Assembly: GCA_000214015.2 (NCBI GenBank)
Contig: CAID01000010.2
Coordinates: forward strand, 532,706-540,932
Origin: Ostreococcus tauri
Lineage: Eukaryota
Direction: 5' to 3'
DNA: 8,227 bases
Shown: positions 6,227 through 8,227 of the stretch, piece after piece
How positions within the stretch are numbered: position 1 is the stretch's first letter
Layout: each line of letters opens with the position of its first letter
The notes under the pieces: model-generated
What the model saw: the letters and a program-made list of their open reading frames with translations, nothing else
Told to the model about the DNA's origin: nothing
Database searches by the model: none
Position numbers and translations under genes: made by a program

Positions 6227-6586
6227 ATGGTGCGCATCACCGAGAGCGACCACGACGCGCTGGCGCGAGCGAAGACGCGCGCGGAGGAGGGCGCGGCGAT
6301 GCAAGAGGTCGCGGACGACATCACGGGCGCGGACGACGCGAGCGAGACGTCCGAGGAGGCATCGGACGGGGAGTTCGAGGCGGGACCGACGGTGTGGGAG
6401 GCGGCGGAGGATGAAGAAATTCCGGAGAATCACTGGGATTATCACATGCGGAAGAACATGAACGATGGACGCGGTGACTCGGTGGCTCGAAACCTCGCGT
6501 ACGTGCCGGTGTGCAACTGCATGCCGGTGTGCCAAGGGGAGGACGGATGCAGAAATCCGTACTTTATGTGGACTAAGAAGAAGTGA
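6227..6586 (+). CDS. Hypothetical small acidic protein (119 aa) with C-terminal Cys cluster CNCMPVCQGEDGC
   Basis: ATG 6227-6229 is the first ATG after the in-frame stop at 6092-6094. Stop TGA is at 6584-6586. Third positions are overwhelmingly G/C in this frame (gcg, gac, gag, acg and similar). The overlapping minus-strand ORFs (6149..6535, 6091..6324) are Arg-rich antisense-type. No confident family assignment. Confidence 0.5.
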   Translation: MVRITESDHDALARAKTRAEEGAAMQEVADDITGADDASETSEEASDGEFEAGPTVWEAAEDEEIPENHWDYHMRKNMNDGRGDSVARNLAYVPVCNCMPVCQGEDGCRNPYFMWTKKK

Positions 6587-6639
6587 TGGGTGAAAAAGAC
6601 ATGTTATAATTACATGACGCGCGCATCGATCGTTCCGTG

Positions 6640-8227
6640 CTAGAGGTTTGTGGGCGTCGCCTCGACTGGATCGCCTCGATCGTTTCTACGCATGATTTCT
6701 CGCGCGAGGCGAACCTGTCGTCCGATGACGAGGACGGAGACGCGGCCCTCGCCCATGGCCCCGCGCGCGGTGCGCCCGACTCTGCGCACGTACTCGCTCG
6801 GATCTCGCGGGAAATCAAACAAGATGACGTGCTCGACGCGAGACGCGTCCAGGCCTCGAGACGCGCGGTCAGTGCACACGAGCACGTGCGGCGTCTTCGA
6901 CGAAGACGTGATGAACTCTTTGAGATTTTGTTGCTGCTGCTCGCGCGAAAGCGCGGCGTGGTAGGGCAAAATTTTATACTTATCGCCATCTTGATCGGCA
7001 CGCTTGAGAAAGTTTTCAATCTTCCGGCACGTCTCGATCTTGTTGCAGAAGAGCAACGTTCGCTGCGCCCTGTCCACCTCGAGTAGTTGCAGTAACGCCT
7101 TAAACTTGCGATAGAATCCGGACTCTTCGTCGAAGATCTCTCCACCGCTACAGTCGATGAGGCGCTCGAGCATACCTGCGGACGGTCGATGCAAACCGGG
7201 TCCCTGCACGACGCGAATATCGCTCTCAAAAAATTTCTTGAGCTGGCGCAAAACGTCGTCGGGAATCGTCGCCGTGACGAGAACGAATTGCGCGTCCTGT
7301 CTCAGTGCATTTCGAATCGGCGCCACTTGCTCCGCAAACTCAAAGCTGTCGCCGAGTAACACGTCGCACTCGTCCATGACGACCGCCTCGACGTCGTCGG
7401 TGAGCATCTTACCCTCCTCGATGAGTCTCGCGACGCGACCGGGAGTTCCGATGACGATGTCCACGCCCTCCTTGAGCGCCTCAATCTGCGTACGAGGCTT
7501 ACTCACGTTGTTCGCCAACAGAGAACGAGAACGCAATCCCCCGAACGACAAATTTTTTACGACGTCTCGCACCTGCGTCGCGAGCTCGCTCGTAGGCGTG
7601 AGCACGAGAAGTCTCGGCCGCTTTGACTTGCTCCTCCCCTGCTCAGCCTCGATGCCTTGCAGTCGCTGAAGCAGCGGTAACAGGTACGCCAGGGTCTTCC
7701 CGCTTCCCGCTTGATCGGCGAGCAAGATGTGACGCTGCGACGCGTCCGCGGCGTCTCCACTGAGCGCGCGGTACGATTGCGCCTGGATGTGCGACGGTCG
7801 CTCAATCTTGAAGCTCTCCTTGAGCGCCGCGCGCACTTCATCACTCGCCCCAAGCTGCGCGAATCGCGCGCCAGAGAAGAAGGAGTACTCATCTAAATCG
7901 TCTGGCTCTCTCGTGTACACCATCGGCTCGAAATCATCCTCCACGTACTTGCTCAGGAGCTCCGGGAGGTACGCCTTGTTCTGCCTCTCCCCCCACCGAC
8001 GCCCGTCCTCGAGTTCGTCCTCGAGACCTTGTAAGATCCAATCCACCTCGTCATCGGGTTCGTCCCCCTCGTACTCATCTTCACGCGAGTACGACGGTCC
8101 ATCGTCGCGATACCGATCGTCGTCTCGCCCTCGCGCGAATCCGCGCTCGCGCCGCTCTCCGCCGCGCGCGGCGTCTCGCCCGTCTCGCCCGCCTCGTCCA
8201 CCGCGCCCCCCCCGTCCGAATCGCCCA
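6640..8227 (-). CDS. DExD-box (DEAD-box family) ATP-dependent RNA helicase, 5'-partial: the N-terminal RG/RGG-rich and acidic region runs off the window
   Basis: Stop TAG is at 6640-6642 (plus-strand cta). Helicase motifs appear in order: Q motif F-x-x-L...RPSHIQ; I ADQAGSGKTLAY; Ia LTPTSELA; Ib TPGR; II DECD (7363-7374); III TAT; V VCTDRASRGLD; VI YVRRVGRTARG. The track start at 8046 is GTG (plus-strand cac 8044-8046). Translating by hand upstream, the frame has no stop and no ATG up to 8226 and reads ...GRGGRGGRGGDRGDRAARGGERRERGFARGRDDDRYRDDGPSYSREDEYEGDEPDDEV-DWILQ. The first in-window in-frame ATG is 7921-7923, which gives the minimal CDS 6640..7923. Confidence 0.9.
   Translation of the reverse strand, partial: GRFGRGGRGGRGGRDGRDAARGGERRERGFARGRDDDRYRDDGPSYSREDEYEGDEPDDEVDWILQGLEDELEDGRRWGERQNKAYLPELLSKYVEDDFEPMVYTREPDDLDEYSFFSGARFAQLGASDEVRAALKESFKIERPSHIQAQSYRALSGDAADASQRHILLADQAGSGKTLAYLLPLLQRLQGIEAEQGRSKSKRPRLLVLTPTSELATQVRDVVKNLSFGGLRSRSLLANNVSKPRTQIEALKEGVDIVIGTPGRVARLIEEGKMLTDDVEAVVMDECDVLLGDSFEFAEQVAPIRNALRQDAQFVLVTATIPDDVLRQLKKFFESDIRVVQGPGLHRPSAGMLERLIDCSGGEIFDEESGFYRKFKALLQLLEVDRAQRTLLFCNKIETCRKIENFLKRADQDGDKYKILPYHAALSREQQQQNLKEFITSSSKTPHVLVCTDRASRGLDASRVEHVILFDFPRDPSEYVRRVGRTARGAMGEGRVSVLVIGRQVRLAREIMRRNDRGDPVEATPTNL

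Noticed and set aside
6598-6618. Small hairpin (catgt / acatg with a 7-nt loop) between the convergent genes, as a possible terminator
   Set aside because: The stem is only 5 bp and AT-rich. Rho-independent terminators are not relevant in a eukaryotic nuclear context. It is more likely part of an AT-rich polyadenylation region.
6584-6643. Possible selenocysteine read-through of the TGA at 6584, extending the small protein by 18 codons to the TAG at 6641-6643
   Set aside because: Picoalgae do have many selenoproteins. Here, though, the extension (WVKKTCYNYMTRASIVPC) lies in AT-rich, UTR-like sequence with no redox-type Cys/Sec motif. Any SECIS element would have to lie inside the opposing helicase CDS. 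Nothing in the sequence supports it.
6573-7229. Additional ORFs overlapping the helicase gene: 6573..7229 -, 6637..7086 +, 6650..6964 +, 7157..7669 +, 7557..7892 -, 7953..8201 -
   Set aside because: All overlap a helicase frame that carries the complete ordered motif set. Their translations are Ser/Arg/Thr-rich with no motifs, and 7953..8201 starts at GTG.
1-8227. Prokaryotic-style novel system (defence island, toxin-antitoxin, CRISPR, integron, transposon)
   Set aside because: I saw no direct-repeat/spacer array, no terminal inverted repeats, and no integrase, transposase, nuclease or toxin-like ORFs. Gene content and architecture are eukaryotic housekeeping. Claiming such a system would not be supported by the sequence.

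Overview
This window looks like compact, visibly GC-rich eukaryotic nuclear DNA. By inference it comes from a green picoalga of the Mamiellophyceae / Micromonas type, not a prokaryote. I see no CRISPR array, mobile element, tRNA/rRNA gene or defence-type operon. Six apparently intron-free protein genes fill about 90% of the window and alternate strictly in orientation (+ - + - + -). They are: (1) a YME1/FtsH-type i-AAA zinc metalloprotease; (2) pseudouridine-5'-phosphate glycosidase (PsuG/IndA family) with an N-terminal extension; (3) a plant-type metaxin (SAM37/Tom37-like, C-terminal membrane anchor plus acidic tail); (4) an uncharacterised Arg/Ser-rich coiled-coil protein; (5) a 119-aa acidic orphan protein with a C-terminal Cys cluster; (6) a DExD-box RNA helicase whose reading frame stays open to the right window edge, so it is 5'-partial. 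The supplied ORF track accepts GTG/TTG as starts. Three of its M starts (3768, 3540, 8046) are GTG in the sequence, so I moved them to the first ATG or extended the frame. The points worth a second look are structural or regulatory, not a new system. Stop-to-stop gaps of 39, 53 and 98 bp separate the convergent genes, with TGTAA just after all three minus-strand stops. An 83-bp head-to-head ATG spacing separates two divergent genes. A TTTAGGG telomere-like repeat sits inside a six-tract G-quadruplex motif in the other divergent promoter. An (AC)15 microsatellite lies between two 3' ends. There are also two lineage-restricted-looking proteins and non-canonical helicase motifs. Long antisense ORFs are rejected as high-GC artefacts.
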